Positions 37,826-48,725 are shown, numbered from the stretch's first letter. The stretch: DNA of 64,000 nucleotides from Rhodovarius sp. (GCA_025057055.1 JANWYF010000134.1:2410-66409), one strand, 5' to 3'. The notes: a model not told the origin generated them from the sequence alone. Numbers and translations: made by a program.

Positions 37826-38571
37826 TGCCCGACGGCAGCCGCGCCCCGTCCGATCCGCCCCCGCCGCCGGCCCGGGTGCCGGTGCATGTGGCCATCATCA
37901 TGGACGGCAACCGCCGCTGGGCGGAGGCGCGTGGCCTGCCGGTCGCCCTTGGCCACCGGGCCGGGGCGGAGGCGGCCCGCCGCGCCATCGAGGCCGCCGG
38001 CCGGGCCGGCGTGCGCTGGCTGACCCTCTTCGCCTTCTCGAGCGAGAACTGGCAACGCCCGGCCGAGGAGGTACAGGAGCTGACCTCCCTGCTGCGCCTC
38101 TATCTGACGCGGGAGGTGGAGGCCTTCGCCCGCAGCGGCGTCAGGCTGCGCGTCATCGGCGACCGCGCCCGCTTCGGGGAGGAGCTGCGCACACTCATCG
38201 ACCGCGCCGAGGAGGCGACGGCCCACAACACCGCGCTCAACCTCAATGTCGCGCTCTCCTATGGTGCCCGGGCCGAGATCCTGGCCGCCGCCCGCGCCCT
38301 GGTCGCCGCCGCCGCGCGCGGGGAGATTTCGGCCGCCGAGGTGACCGAGGATGCCTTCGCCCGCCACCTGGCCACCGCGGGCATGCCCGACCCTGACCTG
38401 ATCATCCGCACGAGCGGCGAACAGCGCCTGTCCAACTTCCTGCTCTGGCAGGCGGCCTATGCCGAGTTCGCCTTCCTGCCCGTGCTCTGGCCCGATTTCG
38501 ACGCCGGGCATTTCGCCGCGGCCTTGGAAAGCTTCGCGCTGCGCGAGCGCCGCTACGGCGCGCGGGTGTGA
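37825..38571 (+). CDS. uppS: Undecaprenyl diphosphate synthase
   Basis: HVAIIMDGNRRWA, FAFSSENW.RP, IRTSGEQRLSNFLLWQ. Confidence 0.97.
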   Translation: MPDGSRAPSDPPPPPARVPVHVAIIMDGNRRWAEARGLPVALGHRAGAEAARRAIEAAGRAGVRWLTLFAFSSENWQRPAEEVQELTSLLRLYLTREVEAFARSGVRLRVIGDRARFGEELRTLIDRAEEATAHNTALNLNVALSYGARAEILAAARALVAAAARGEISAAEVTEDAFARHLATAGMPDPDLIIRTSGEQRLSNFLLWQAAYAEFAFLPVLWPDFDAGHFAAALESFALRERRYGARV

Positions 38572-39392
38572 TGGGCGGCGCCGCCCCCCCCGGGCGCTGG
38601 CGCGATCTTCGCCTGCGGCTGGCGACGACGGCGGTGCTGCTGCCGGCGGCTGTCCTCTGCATCTGGTGGGGGGGGTGGTGGTTTGCGGGGCTGTTGCTGC
38701 TCTGCCTCGCCGGGCTTGGCTGGGAATGGGCGCGGCTGTGCGGGGCTGGTCCCGTCTCCGCCCCCGGGCTTTTGCTGCCGGCGGCGGCGGTGGGGGCCGG
38801 CGCGCTGGCCTCGCTCGGCTTCATCGGCGCGGCGCTGCTGTTGCTGCCGCCGGCTGCGGCGCTGGCCTGGCGGTCGGGTCGCGCCCTGCCGCGGGGATTT
38901 CTGGCGGCTGGCGTGCTGTATCTCGGTCTGGCCGGGGTCGCGCTGGCGGCGCTGCGCGCCGACCCCGAGGCGGGGCAGGCGAATGTCCTGTTCCTCTTCG
39001 CCGTGGTCTGGGCCAGCGACAGCGCGGCCTATCTGACCGGGCGGCGGGTGGGCGGGCCGCGCCTGTGGCCGGCAATCTCGCCCGGCAAGACCTGGTCGGG
39101 GGCGGCGGGCGGGCTTCTGGGCGCGGCGGCGGTCGGGGCGGTGGCGGCGGTCCTCTCCCCCGGTATCGGGTGGATGCAGGCGGTGCTGGTCGCCGCCCTG
39201 CTCGGGGTGGTATCCCAGGCCGGAGATCTGCTGGAAAGCGGCCTCAAGCGCCGGTTCGGCGCCAAGGACTCCTCCGCCCTCATCCCGGGCCATGGCGGCC
39301 TGTTGGACCGGCTGGACGGGGTGCTGGCAGCCGCCCCGGTGGCGGCCGTGCTGGCGTGGTGGGCAGGGCAGGGGGAGCTGTTGTGGCGGTAA
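38568..39392 (+). CDS. cdsA: Phosphatidate cytidylyltransferase
   Basis: WASDSAAY, ISPGKTWSG, GDLLESGLKR...KDS..LIPGHGGLLDRLD. Confidence 0.95.
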   Translation: MMGGAAPPGRWRDLRLRLATTAVLLPAAVLCIWWGGWWFAGLLLLCLAGLGWEWARLCGAGPVSAPGLLLPAAAVGAGALASLGFIGAALLLLPPAAALAWRSGRALPRGFLAAGVLYLGLAGVALAALRADPEAGQANVLFLFAVVWASDSAAYLTGRRVGGPRLWPAISPGKTWSGAAGGLLGAAAVGAVAAVLSPGIGWMQAVLVAALLGVVSQAGDLLESGLKRRFGAKDSSALIPGHGGLLDRLDGVLAAAPVAAVLAWWAGQGELLWR

Positions 39393-40552
39393 GGCGCATC
39401 ACGGTGCTGGGTGCGACGGGCAGCATCGGCCGAAGCACGGCTGCCCTGCTGGAGGCCGCGCCCGAGGGCAGCTTCGAGGTGGAGGCGCTGGTCGCCGGGC
39501 GCGATGCCCCGGCCTTGGCCGCCATGGCCCGGCGCCTGCGCGCCCGCATCGCGGTCGTGGCCGACGAATCCGCCCTGCCCACCCTGCGTGAGGCGCTGGC
39601 CGGATCGGGGATCGAGGCCGCCGGGGGCCAATCCGCGGTGCTCGAGGCTGCCTCCCGCCCGGCCGACTGGACCATGGCCGCGATCGTGGGGGCGGCGGGG
39701 CTTGCCTCCACCCTCGCGGCCTTGCGCCGCGGCGGGACGCTGGCGCTGGCCAACAAGGAATCCCTGGTCTGTGCCGGCCCGCTGGTGCTGGCCGCAGCCC
39801 AGGCCGCGGGGGCAACACTGCTGCCGGTCGATTCCGAGCACAACGCCATCTTCCAGGCGCTGGCCGGCGCGCAGCCGGAGGCGATCGAGAAGATCATCCT
39901 CACCGCCTCGGGCGGGCCGTTCCGTACCGCCAGCCTGGCCGAGATGCGCGCCGCCACGCCGGAGCAGGCCATCCGCCACCCGGTCTGGTCGATGGGGGCC
40001 AAGATCTCGGTCGACTCGGCCACCATGTTCAACAAGGGTCTCGAGATGATCGAGGCGGCGCGACTGTTTCCGGTCACGCCGGCGCAGATCGAGGTGCTGG
40101 TGCACCCGCAATCGGCGGTGCATGGCCTCGTGCAGTACCGGGACGGTTCGATCCTGGCCCAGCTCGGCACGCCCGACATGCGCACCCCGATCGCCCATAC
40201 CCTGGCCTGGCCGGAGCGCATGCAGGTCACGCTGCCGCGGCTTGATCTGGCGCAGCTTGGCCGGCTCGAGTTCTACGCCCCCGATCCCGAGCGTTTTCCC
40301 GCGCTGCGCCTCTGCCGGGCGGCGCTGGAGGCGGATGGCACGGCGCCTGCGGTGCTCAACGCCGCCAATGAGGTGGCGGTGGCGCTGTTCCTGGCCCGGC
40401 GGCTCGGCTTCCTCGATATTGCCGCCGTCGTCGAGGAGACGCTGAACGAGCTCGGCCACCGGCAGCTCTCCGATCTCGAGTCGGTGCTGGCCGCCGATGC
40501 CGAGGCGCGGGCGGCCGCGCACCGCATCGCGGCCCGTCGCGCCGCGGCCTGA
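39383..40552 (+). CDS. dxr: 1-deoxy-D-xylulose-5-phosphate reductoisomerase
   Basis: LGATGSIG, LANKES, PVDSEH, HP.WSMGAKIS.DSATM.NKGLE, NAANE; GTG start 39383. Confidence 0.97.
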   Translation: MAVRRITVLGATGSIGRSTAALLEAAPEGSFEVEALVAGRDAPALAAMARRLRARIAVVADESALPTLREALAGSGIEAAGGQSAVLEAASRPADWTMAAIVGAAGLASTLAALRRGGTLALANKESLVCAGPLVLAAAQAAGATLLPVDSEHNAIFQALAGAQPEAIEKIILTASGGPFRTASLAEMRAATPEQAIRHPVWSMGAKISVDSATMFNKGLEMIEAARLFPVTPAQIEVLVHPQSAVHGLVQYRDGSILAQLGTPDMRTPIAHTLAWPERMQVTLPRLDLAQLGRLEFYAPDPERFPALRLCRAALEADGTAPAVLNAANEVAVALFLARRLGFLDIAAVVEETLNELGHRQLSDLESVLAADAEARAAAHRIAARRAAA

Positions 40553-40628
40553 GGGCGGGGGGCTTTCCCATCCGCAACGCTCGCCTTGCCCCGTTTCCAG
40601 CCGGGGTCGAACCGCTGTAGGTCAGGCC

Positions 40629-41744
40629 ATGATCGACGTCCTGCCGGAAGTCCTTCGCACCGTCCTCGCCTTCCTTGTGGTGCTGGGCGTGCTCGTCTTC
40701 GTCCATGAGCTCGGCCACTATCTGGCGGCGCGCTGGCGCGGCGTGCATGTCGATGCCTTCTCGATCGGCTTCGGCCGGCCGATCGCCCGCTGGACCGACC
40801 GGCGGGGTACGGAGTGGCGCCTCTCCTGGATTCCGCTCGGCGGCTATGTGAAGCTGCACGGCTGGGCGGATATCGCCTCCATCCCGCCGGAGGAGGCGGC
40901 CCGCCTGCGCGAGGGGCAGACCTTCCACGACAAGCCGGTGCGCGACCGCGCCATTGTCGTCGCCGCCGGGCCGATCGCCAATTTCCTGCTGGCTGCCCTG
41001 CTCTTCGCCGCGCTGTATGCGACGCAGGGGCGGCCGGTGGCCACCACCGCGATCGCGGCGGTCAGCCCCGGTTCGGTGGCCGAGGCGGCAGGCATTCGCC
41101 CGGGCGATGAGGTGGTGGCGCTGGATGGCCGGCGCGTCACCCGCTTCGAGGAGGTGCAGCGCCACATCCAGCCCCGCGCCGGTGTTCCGGTGGCCATCAC
41201 CCTGCGCCGCGAGGGGGCGGAGTTCACGATCACCGTCGTGCCCGCCATCCGCCCGGGCAGCGAGGCCGCACCGGTCGGCATCCTCGGGGTGCAGGCCGGT
41301 GGTGCGCGCTTCGAGCGGCTGGACCCGCTGAGCGCGCTCTGGGCGGGCAGCCTGCGCATGCTCGCGGTCAGCGGCCAGACCCTGGCCGCGGTCGGGGAGA
41401 TGATCCTGGGCCAGCGCAGCGCCCAGGATCTGGGCGGGCCGCTGCGCATCGCCGAGATCTCGGGCCAGGCGGCAGGGCTTGGCCTTGTCGCGCTCGTCAA
41501 CCTGATGGCGCTGCTCTCCGTCTCGCTCGCGCTGATCAACCTCTTTCCCATTCCGCTGCTCGATGGCGGGCATCTGGTCTTCTACGCGATCGAGGCGTTG
41601 CGCGGCCGGCCGCTGCCGCCGCGGGCGATGGAGATCGGCTTCCGCCTCGGCTTTGCGCTGCTGATTGCGCTGTTCCTCTTTGCCACTTGGAACGACCTGA
41701 GCCACGGCGGGGTCGGCCGCTGGCTGGCCGGGCTGCTGGGCTGA
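40629..41744 (+). CDS. rseP: Site-2 intramembrane zinc metalloprotease with PDZ domain
   Basis: VHELGH (HExxH), PLGGYVK, AGPIAN, NLFPIPLLDGG. Confidence 0.95.
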   Translation: MIDVLPEVLRTVLAFLVVLGVLVFVHELGHYLAARWRGVHVDAFSIGFGRPIARWTDRRGTEWRLSWIPLGGYVKLHGWADIASIPPEEAARLREGQTFHDKPVRDRAIVVAAGPIANFLLAALLFAALYATQGRPVATTAIAAVSPGSVAEAAGIRPGDEVVALDGRRVTRFEEVQRHIQPRAGVPVAITLRREGAEFTITVVPAIRPGSEAAPVGILGVQAGGARFERLDPLSALWAGSLRMLAVSGQTLAAVGEMILGQRSAQDLGGPLRIAEISGQAAGLGLVALVNLMALLSVSLALINLFPIPLLDGGHLVFYAIEALRGRPLPPRAMEIGFRLGFALLIALFLFATWNDLSHGGVGRWLAGLLG

Positions 41745-41987
41745 GGCGCGGCAGCGCCCACCCCCGCCCCCCATCGGCGCAGCGCGGCCAGGACGGGGGC
41801 GAGAACGGCGCGCGGGGCGCAGGAAAGGCGCCGTGCCGGCCCGTCCCGCCGCTGGCATGGCGGTCGGAGCCAGGCTGGCCGGGGCAGCGCGGTAGCGCTC
41901 ACCGCCGGTCCGGCTTGCCCCTGGCGGGCGGGGCGTGTAGCCCCTTCCCGGCCGCGCCGCTATGGTGCGGCGCCCGAGACGAGAGAG

Positions 41988-44333
41988 ATGCCCCCCCTGC
42001 GACCGACGCTCAGGATCCTGCTGCTGGCCAGCGCCTGCTGGATGCTCCTCGCCGCCCCGTCGGCCGAGGCCCAGCAGCGCCGCGCCCCGGCCGCGGCGGC
42101 CCAGCCGGCGGGGGTGATCTCGGCGGTGGAGGTGCGCGGCAACCAGCGCATCGAGGCCGATACGGTGCGCAGCTACATGCTGCTGCAGCCCGGCGATGCC
42201 TACGACCCCGACCGGGCCGACCGCAGCCTTCGCGCGCTCTTCGCCACCGGCCTGTTTCGGGATGTGCAGATCGCCCGCGACGGGTCGCGCCTGATCGTCC
42301 AGGTGCAGGAGAATCCGATCGTCAACCGTGTGGCCTTCGAGGGCAACCGGCGCATCTCCGACGACAATATCCGCCCCGAGGTGCAGCTGCGCCCGCGCGG
42401 CGTCTTCACCGAGCAGCTGGCCCAGGCCGATCGGCAGCGCATCCTCGACCTCTACGCCAGGCGGGGGCGGTTTGCCGCCAGCGTCGAGCCGCGCGTCATC
42501 GAGCTCGATCAGAACCGCGTCGATGTCGTCTTCGAGATCACGGAGGGCGAGCAGGCCCGCATCGCGCGGATCAACTTCGTGGGCAATCGCGGCTTTTCGG
42601 ATTCGCGGCTGCGCGATGTGATCTCCTCGCGCGAGAGCGCCTTCTACCGCTTCTTCTCCTCGGCCGATCTGTATGACCCCGACCGGCTCGCCTTCGACCG
42701 CGAACTGCTGCGCCGCTTCTACCTGCGGCAGGGCTACGCCGATGTCGAGGTGGGCGCGGCCACCGCCGAACTCTCGCCCGACCGCACCGCCTTCTTCATC
42801 ACCTTCCAGGTCAATGAGGGGACGCGCTACCGCATCGGCCGGCTGGAGGTGACCACCGACTTCGCCGGCCTGGATACGGCGCTGCTGCGCCGCCGGCTCG
42901 AGATCAGCGAGGGCGACTGGTATGACGGCGATGCGGTGGAGCGCGCCACCCAGGCCCTGGCCGATGCCGCGAACCTCCGCGGCTTTCCATTTGTGGATGT
43001 TCAACCGCGCATCACCCGCAACACCGAGGCCGGGACGATCGACATCGTCTTCCACGTCGCCCAGGGGCCGCGCATCTTCGTCGAGCGCATCGAGATCACC
43101 GGCAATACCCGCACTCAGGACCGGGTGATCCGGCGGGAGTTCCGCCTCGCCGAGGGGGATGCCTTCAACGCCGCCCAGATCCGGCGCTCCCGCGAGCGCA
43201 TCCGCAACCTCGGCTATTTCGCTGACGTCAGCATCGAGGCCCAGCCCGGCAGCGCGCCGGACCGGGCGGTGATCAACACCACCGTGCAGGAGCGCGCGAC
43301 CGGTGAGGTCAGCCTGGGCGGCGGCTATTCGACCGATGCCGGTTTCCTGGTCGATGTCGGCCTGCGCGAGCGCAATCTGGTCGGCACCGGCATCGATGCG
43401 CGGCTGGGCGGGACGCTGGCGCAGCGGCGCAGCCAGGTCGACATCTCGATCACCGATCCCGCCTTCCTGGATCGCAACCTGGGGGCGGGTTTCGACATCT
43501 TCCTGATCCAGCGCAACCTGCTGCGAATCGCGAGCTACGAGGAACGCCGGGTCGGCTTCGCGCTGCGCATCGGCTACGAGTTCAACGAGCGGCTGCGCCA
43601 GGGCTGGTCCTACACCCTGGTTGACCGCAACGTCTACAATGTGCAGCCCTTCGCCTCGACCTTCGTGCGTGACCAGGCGGGGCGGACGCTGCTCAGCCAG
43701 GTCTCGCAGACCATCGCCTTCGACACCCGCGACAGCCTGATCGAACCACGCAGCGGCTACGTCATCCGCTATGGCATCGATGTCGCCGGCGCGGGAGGGG
43801 ATGTGTTCTACCTGCGCAACCGGGTCGATGGCATGCTGCTGCTGCCGCTCGAGCGGCTGTTCGGCCATCAAGACTATGTGCTCGCGCTGATGGCGAGCTG
43901 GGGCCATCTGATGCCCTATGGCAGCCGCCGCTTCCCGAATGGCGAACGGGACCGCATCGTCGACCGCTTCTTCCTGGGCGGAGAGAATCTGCGCGGCTTC
44001 GCCATCGCGGGCGTGGGGCCGCGCGATGCGACCACGCTCGACAGCCTGGGCGGGCGGCTGATCTGGACCGCCTCGGCCGAGATGCGCTACCCCCTGCCGC
44101 TGCCGAGCGAACTCGGCCTGCTTGGCCGGGCCTTCGTCGATGCCGGGGCGCTCACCCAGGGGCCGCGCGGTCCGGGCGTGCTGAGCAGCGCCCATCCGCG
44201 GGTCTCGGTCGGGGTCGGGGTGTCCTGGCGCAGCCCCTTTGGCCTCATCAACATCGACCTTGCACGGGCGGTGGTGAAAGAGCCGTTCGACCAAACCCAG
44301 GTGTTCCGCTTCGGCTTCGGCACCCGCTTCTGA
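41988..44333 (+). CDS. bamA: Outer membrane protein assembly factor
   Basis: Signal peptide, POTRA repeats (GN.RI), G.GYS, LRGF, SPFG.I, F.FGFGTRF terminus. Confidence 0.96.
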   Translation: MPPLRPTLRILLLASACWMLLAAPSAEAQQRRAPAAAAQPAGVISAVEVRGNQRIEADTVRSYMLLQPGDAYDPDRADRSLRALFATGLFRDVQIARDGSRLIVQVQENPIVNRVAFEGNRRISDDNIRPEVQLRPRGVFTEQLAQADRQRILDLYARRGRFAASVEPRVIELDQNRVDVVFEITEGEQARIARINFVGNRGFSDSRLRDVISSRESAFYRFFSSADLYDPDRLAFDRELLRRFYLRQGYADVEVGAATAELSPDRTAFFITFQVNEGTRYRIGRLEVTTDFAGLDTALLRRRLEISEGDWYDGDAVERATQALADAANLRGFPFVDVQPRITRNTEAGTIDIVFHVAQGPRIFVERIEITGNTRTQDRVIRREFRLAEGDAFNAAQIRRSRERIRNLGYFADVSIEAQPGSAPDRAVINTTVQERATGEVSLGGGYSTDAGFLVDVGLRERNLVGTGIDARLGGTLAQRRSQVDISITDPAFLDRNLGAGFDIFLIQRNLLRIASYEERRVGFALRIGYEFNERLRQGWSYTLVDRNVYNVQPFASTFVRDQAGRTLLSQVSQTIAFDTRDSLIEPRSGYVIRYGIDVAGAGGDVFYLRNRVDGMLLLPLERLFGHQDYVLALMASWGHLMPYGSRRFPNGERDRIVDRFFLGGENLRGFAIAGVGPRDATTLDSLGGRLIWTASAEMRYPLPLPSELGLLGRAFVDAGALTQGPRGPGVLSSAHPRVSVGVGVSWRSPFGLINIDLARAVVKEPFDQTQVFRFGFGTRF

Positions 44334-44354
44334 CCTGATCTGGAAGGCTGTCTC

Positions 44355-45167
44355 ATGAGGATGATCGCGTTGCGCCGGGCTGGCTTGGGCTTGCGGGGGC
44401 TGCTGCTCTCTCTGATTGCGCTGGGGCCCGCGGTGGTGGCGGGGCTGGCCGCACCGGCCGGGGCGCAGCAGCAGGACCCGGGCTTTTTCGTGCCCGGGCA
44501 GCAACGGCCGGCGCAGCAGGGGCAAAGGCCGACCCAGGGGCAGGCGCAGCAGCGCCCCCCGGCCCGGCCCGATGCCCCGCCGCCCCTGCCGCCCGGCCAG
44601 CGCCCGCCCGAGGCTGTGATCGGCATCGTCGACATCGGCGAGGTCCAGCGGGTATCGACCGCCGTCAACCAGCTGCGCGAGGAGCTGGAGCGTCGCCGCG
44701 CCCGCCTCAATGAGGATCTGCAGCGCGAGCAGAACGCCTGGCGCGAGGCGCAGCAGCAGCTGGCCGCCGAACGGGCGAGCCTGCCGCCTGATGTGCTGCG
44801 CCAGCGCGAACGCGACCTGCAGGAGCGCATCAGCGAAAGCCAGCGCATCTTCCGCAACCGCGGCCAGGCGATCGAACAGGCGGTGCAGCAGGCCGGCGCC
44901 GAGATCGAGGAGCGCATGGCCGACGTCATCCGCCAGGTCGCGCAGTCGCGGGGGATCAACATCGTGCTGCCGCGGCCGATGGTGTTGATGAACGAAGCGC
45001 CCTTCGACCTGACGGCGGAGGTGGCGCAGCAGCTCAACCGCGTGATGCCGCGCGTCACCGTGCCGCCCGAGACCGACGGCCGCACCGCCGCCACTCCGCC
45101 CGGTGCGCCGGCCACGCCGCGCGCGCAGCCGGCGCCGCAGCCGCGCGTGCCGCAGCCCCAGCGGTGA
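44355..45167 (+). CDS. skp: OmpH/Skp periplasmic chaperone with Pro/Gln-rich extensions
   Basis: IGIVDI..V, coiled coil, ..VA..RG..IVL, DLTAEV...LN; position between bamA and lpxD. Confidence 0.85.
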   Translation: MRMIALRRAGLGLRGLLLSLIALGPAVVAGLAAPAGAQQQDPGFFVPGQQRPAQQGQRPTQGQAQQRPPARPDAPPPLPPGQRPPEAVIGIVDIGEVQRVSTAVNQLREELERRRARLNEDLQREQNAWREAQQQLAAERASLPPDVLRQRERDLQERISESQRIFRNRGQAIEQAVQQAGAEIEERMADVIRQVAQSRGINIVLPRPMVLMNEAPFDLTAEVAQQLNRVMPRVTVPPETDGRTAATPPGAPATPRAQPAPQPRVPQPQR

Positions 45168-45177
45168 TCAGGGTCCG

Positions 45178-46221
45178 ATGGCAGCCGACCCCCGCTTCCA
45201 TCCGGCCGCCGGGCCGCAGAGCCTCGCTGCCATCCTGGCGGCGGCGGGAGCCACTGCCGATGCCCCGGCCGATGTGACCTTCGAGGGTGTCGCCTCGCTC
45301 TCCGAGGCGGGCCCGCGGGAGGTAAGCTTCTTCGACCGCGACCGCATGGCCGCCGCCTTGGCCGCGACCCGGGCCGGCGCGGTCATCCTGCGCCCCGAGG
45401 CAGCCGGACGGCTGCCGCCGGGCTGCATCGCCATCCGCGCCGCCCATCCCGCCCTCGCTTTCGCGCGGGTGGCGGCGCTCTTCCACCCCGCCCCCCCGCC
45501 GAACGGCATCAGGCACCCGACCGCGGTGATTGCCGCGACCGCCCGGCTCGCCCCCGATGTGTCGGTCGGCCCCTTCGCCGTCATCGGGGAAGGGGCGGAG
45601 ATCGGCGCGGGATCGGTGATTCACGCCCACGCCGTGATCGGGCCGGGCGTGGTGCTGGGCCCGGGGTCGGTCGTGCACGCCCATGCCAGCATCAGCCACG
45701 CCATCTGCGGGGCGCGGGTGGTGCTGCATCCCGGCGCCCGGGTCGGGCAGGAGGGCTTCGGCTTCGTCCCCGACGAGAAGGGGCGCTACGTCACCATGCC
45801 GCAGCTCGGCCGCGTCATCCTGGGCGATGATGTGCAGGTGGGGGCCAATGCCTGCATCGACCGCGGCACGCTCGAGGATACGGTGATCGGCCCCGGCACC
45901 CGCATCGACAATCTGGTGCAAATCGGACACAACTGCCGTCTGGGCGAGGGCTGCATCCTGGCCGGCCAGGCCGGGCTTTCGGGCTCCGTGATCGCCGAGG
46001 ACAGGGTCGTGCTGGCCGGGCAGGCGGGGATTGCCGACCATGTGCGGCTGGGCCGCGGCGCCCGCATCGGCGCCCAGGCCGGCATCATGTCCGATGTGCC
46101 GCCGGGCACCGACGTGATCGGCACGCCCGGGCGGCCGGTGCGCAGCTTCATGCGCGAGGTGGCGACCCTGCGGCGCCTGGCCGCCGCCGGACGCCCGAAG
46201 AACGAACAGGACCGAACATGA
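45178..46221 (+). CDS. lpxD: UDP-3-O-(3-hydroxyacyl)glucosamine N-acyltransferase
   Basis: Hexapeptide repeats, GQEGFGF, MPQLGRV, CIDRG, DNLVQIGHN. Confidence 0.96.
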   Translation: MAADPRFHPAAGPQSLAAILAAAGATADAPADVTFEGVASLSEAGPREVSFFDRDRMAAALAATRAGAVILRPEAAGRLPPGCIAIRAAHPALAFARVAALFHPAPPPNGIRHPTAVIAATARLAPDVSVGPFAVIGEGAEIGAGSVIHAHAVIGPGVVLGPGSVVHAHASISHAICGARVVLHPGARVGQEGFGFVPDEKGRYVTMPQLGRVILGDDVQVGANACIDRGTLEDTVIGPGTRIDNLVQIGHNCRLGEGCILAGQAGLSGSVIAEDRVVLAGQAGIADHVRLGRGARIGAQAGIMSDVPPGTDVIGTPGRPVRSFMREVATLRRLAAAGRPKNEQDRT

Positions 46222-46664
46222 GCCTCGATACCCTGACCATCCAGGCGATCATGGGCGCGATTCCGCATCGCTACCCGATGCTGCTGGTCGATCGCATACA
46301 GGATCTGCGCCTGGATGAGGGCTGCACCGGGATCAAGAACGTCAGCATCAACGAACCCTTCTTCCAGGGCCATTTCCCCGGCGAGCCGGTGATGCCCGGC
46401 GTGCTCATCGTGGAGGCGATGGCGCAGACCGCTGCGGTCCTGGTCGTCGAGACGCTGGGCGAGGCCTTCCGCGGCAAGCTCGTCTACTTCATGTCGATCG
46501 AGGGCGCGAAGTTCCGCCGCCCCGTCGTGCCGGGGGACAGGCTCGAGCTGCGCGTGCGCAAGCTGCAGAAGCGACTGATGGTCTGGAAATTCGCGGGCGA
46601 GGCGATGGTGGATGGCCAGCTCTCCGCCGAGGCCACCTTCACCGCCATGATCCGCGACCGATGA
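46218..46664 (+). CDS. fabZ: 3-hydroxyacyl-ACP dehydratase
   Basis: [33 protein letters not shown]. Confidence 0.97.
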   Translation: MSLDTLTIQAIMGAIPHRYPMLLVDRIQDLRLDEGCTGIKNVSINEPFFQGHFPGEPVMPGVLIVEAMAQTAAVLVVETLGEAFRGKLVYFMSIEGAKFRRPVVPGDRLELRVRKLQKRLMVWKFAGEAMVDGQLSAEATFTAMIRDR

Positions 46665-47488
46665 GCCTGATCCACGCCACCGCCATCATCGCCCCTGGCG
46701 CCCGCATCGCCGAGGACGCGCGGATCGGCCCCTTCTGCATCATCGGCCCGGAGGTCGAGATCGGGCCGGGGGCGGAGCTCGTCTCCCACGTCGTGGTGGA
46801 GGGGCGCACCACGATCGGGGCGGGGGCGCGGCTGATGCCCTATGCCTCGGTCGGGCTGCCGCCGCAGGACCTCAAATACGACAACCGGCCGACCGGCGTC
46901 ATGATCGGGCCGCGCAGCCTGCTGCGCGAGCATGTGACGGTGCATCGCGGCTCGGTCGGCGGGGATGGGATGACGCGGGTCGGCGCCGATTGCCTGCTGA
47001 TGGCCTGCGCCCATGTCGGCCACGACTGCCAGGTGGCCGACCGTGTCATCCTGGCCAACAACGTCATGCTGGGCGGGCATGTGCGGCTGGGCGAACAGGT
47101 CTTCGTCGGCGGCGGCGCGGCCATCCACCAGACCGTGCGGGTCGGGCGCCATGCCATGATCTCGGGCCTGGCGGGCGTGACCAACGATGTGCCGCCCTTC
47201 GGCACCGTCTTCGGGCTGCCGGCGCGGCTCGTCGGGCTCAACGTCATCGGGCTGCGCCGCCGCGGCTTCAGCAAGGAGAGTCTGGCCCAGCTGCGCCTTG
47301 CCTACCGCCTGCTGTTCCGCGAGGAAGGCACCTTCGCCGAGAAGCTGCGCATCGCCGCCGAACGCCACGCCGGCGATGCGCTGGTTGAGGAACTCATCGC
47401 CTTCATCACCTCCCCGGACCGGCGGCGGGAACTGGTCCGCCCGGGCCGCATGGCCGACAACAACGCGGCCGAGGAGGAGGAGGGCTGA
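46661..47488 (+). CDS. lpxA: UDP-N-acetylglucosamine acyltransferase
   Basis: IHATAII, PQDLKY, REHVTVHRG, HVGHDC, LGGHV, IHQ. Confidence 0.96.
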   Translation: MSLIHATAIIAPGARIAEDARIGPFCIIGPEVEIGPGAELVSHVVVEGRTTIGAGARLMPYASVGLPPQDLKYDNRPTGVMIGPRSLLREHVTVHRGSVGGDGMTRVGADCLLMACAHVGHDCQVADRVILANNVMLGGHVRLGEQVFVGGGAAIHQTVRVGRHAMISGLAGVTNDVPPFGTVFGLPARLVGLNVIGLRRRGFSKESLAQLRLAYRLLFREEGTFAEKLRIAAERHAGDALVEELIAFITSPDRRRELVRPGRMADNNAAEEEEG

Positions 47489-48333
47489 TGCCCGCCCCCG
47501 TCGGCATCATCGCCGGCGGCGGTGATTTCCCGCGCCGGCTGGCCGAGGCGGTGCAGGCCTCGGGCCGGCCGGTCTTTGTCGTGGTCGTCAAGGAATTCGC
47601 CGACCCCGCCGAATATGCCCATATCCCGCATGAGGCGGTGCGGCTCGGTGCCGGCGGGCAGATCATCGCTGCCCTCAAGTCGGCCGGGGTGCGTCAGCTC
47701 GCCTTGTGTGGCCGGGCGCGCCGGCCCTCGCTGCTGAGCCTCGTGCCCGATGCCTGGACCGCCCGCGCCCTGGCCCGGATCGGCCGCGCCGCCCTGGCCG
47801 GTGATGACACGACACTGCGGGCGGTGGCGACAGTGCTCGAGGAGGAGGGCTTCGAGGTCGTCGCTCCCTCTGTGCTGCATGCCCAGGCCATGCCCGGCCC
47901 CGGGCTGCTGGCCGGGCCCGTGCCGGATGCGCTCGCCCGCCACGACATCTGCCGCGCCATTGCGATCCTGCGCGCGCTTGCCCCGCACGATGTCGGACAG
48001 GCCTGCGTGGTGCAGCAGGGCCTGGTCCTCGGCATCGAGGCGATCGAGGGCACCGATGCGCTGATCGCCCGCTGCGGAGCGGAACGGCGCGAGGGGCCGG
48101 GCGGGGTGCTGGTCAAGCTCGCCAAGCCCCAGCAGGATAGCCGGCTTGATCTGCCCACGATCGGCCCGGCCACCATCGCCGCCTGCATCCAGGCCGGGCT
48201 CCGCGGGATCGCGATCGAGGCCGGGCGCACCGTGGTGGCCGAGGCCGAGGCGACCCGCAGCGCCGCCGAGGCCGCGGGCCTGTTCCTCCTCAGCCTCGAT
48301 CCCGAGGCCTTCCTCAAGGAGAGCGCGTCATGA
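47488..48333 (+). CDS. lpxI: UDP-2,3-diacylglucosamine pyrophosphatase
   Basis: [41 protein letters not shown]. Confidence 0.92.
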   Translation: MPAPVGIIAGGGDFPRRLAEAVQASGRPVFVVVVKEFADPAEYAHIPHEAVRLGAGGQIIAALKSAGVRQLALCGRARRPSLLSLVPDAWTARALARIGRAALAGDDTTLRAVATVLEEEGFEVVAPSVLHAQAMPGPGLLAGPVPDALARHDICRAIAILRALAPHDVGQACVVQQGLVLGIEAIEGTDALIARCGAERREGPGGVLVKLAKPQQDSRLDLPTIGPATIAACIQAGLRGIAIEAGRTVVAEAEATRSAAEAAGLFLLSLDPEAFLKESAS

Positions 48334-48725
48334 CCCCTTCGCCCCGCCTGCTGCACACCATGATCCGCGTCGGCAACCTGGAACGCAGCGTCGATTTCTA
48401 CACCCGGCTGCTCGGCATGAAGGAGCTGCGCCGTCGCGACGTGCCGGAGGGCAAATACACCCTGGCCTTCGTGGGCTATGGCGATGAGGCGAGCCAGGCC
48501 GTGCTCGAACTGACCTACAACTACGGCGTCGACCGCTACGAGATGGGCACCGCCTTCGGCCACATCGCCATCGGCGTGCCGGATGTGCGCGCGACCTGCG
48601 AAAGGCTGCGCGCCGAAGGCGTGAAGATCACTCGCGAGCCGGGCCCGGTGAAGTTCGGCACGACCGTGATCGCCTTCATCGAGGATCCGGACGGCTACAA
48701 GATCGAGCTGATCGAGCGGCCCTGA
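48330..48725 (+). CDS. gloA: Lactoylglutathione lyase (glyoxalase I)
   Basis: [41 protein letters not shown]. Confidence 0.96.
   Translation: MTPSPRLLHTMIRVGNLERSVDFYTRLLGMKELRRRDVPEGKYTLAFVGYGDEASQAVLELTYNYGVDRYEMGTAFGHIAIGVPDVRATCERLRAEGVKITREPGPVKFGTTVIAFIEDPDGYKIELIERP

Noticed and set aside
40356-44525. 1389-aa minus-strand ORF, and similar long ORFs such as 3605-5584, 22513-25710, 52499-54634 and 61013-63412
   Set aside because: All lie antisense to well-supported genes (rseP/bamA, ars operon, SBP/amidohydrolase, oppA, ileS) and have no recognisable motifs.
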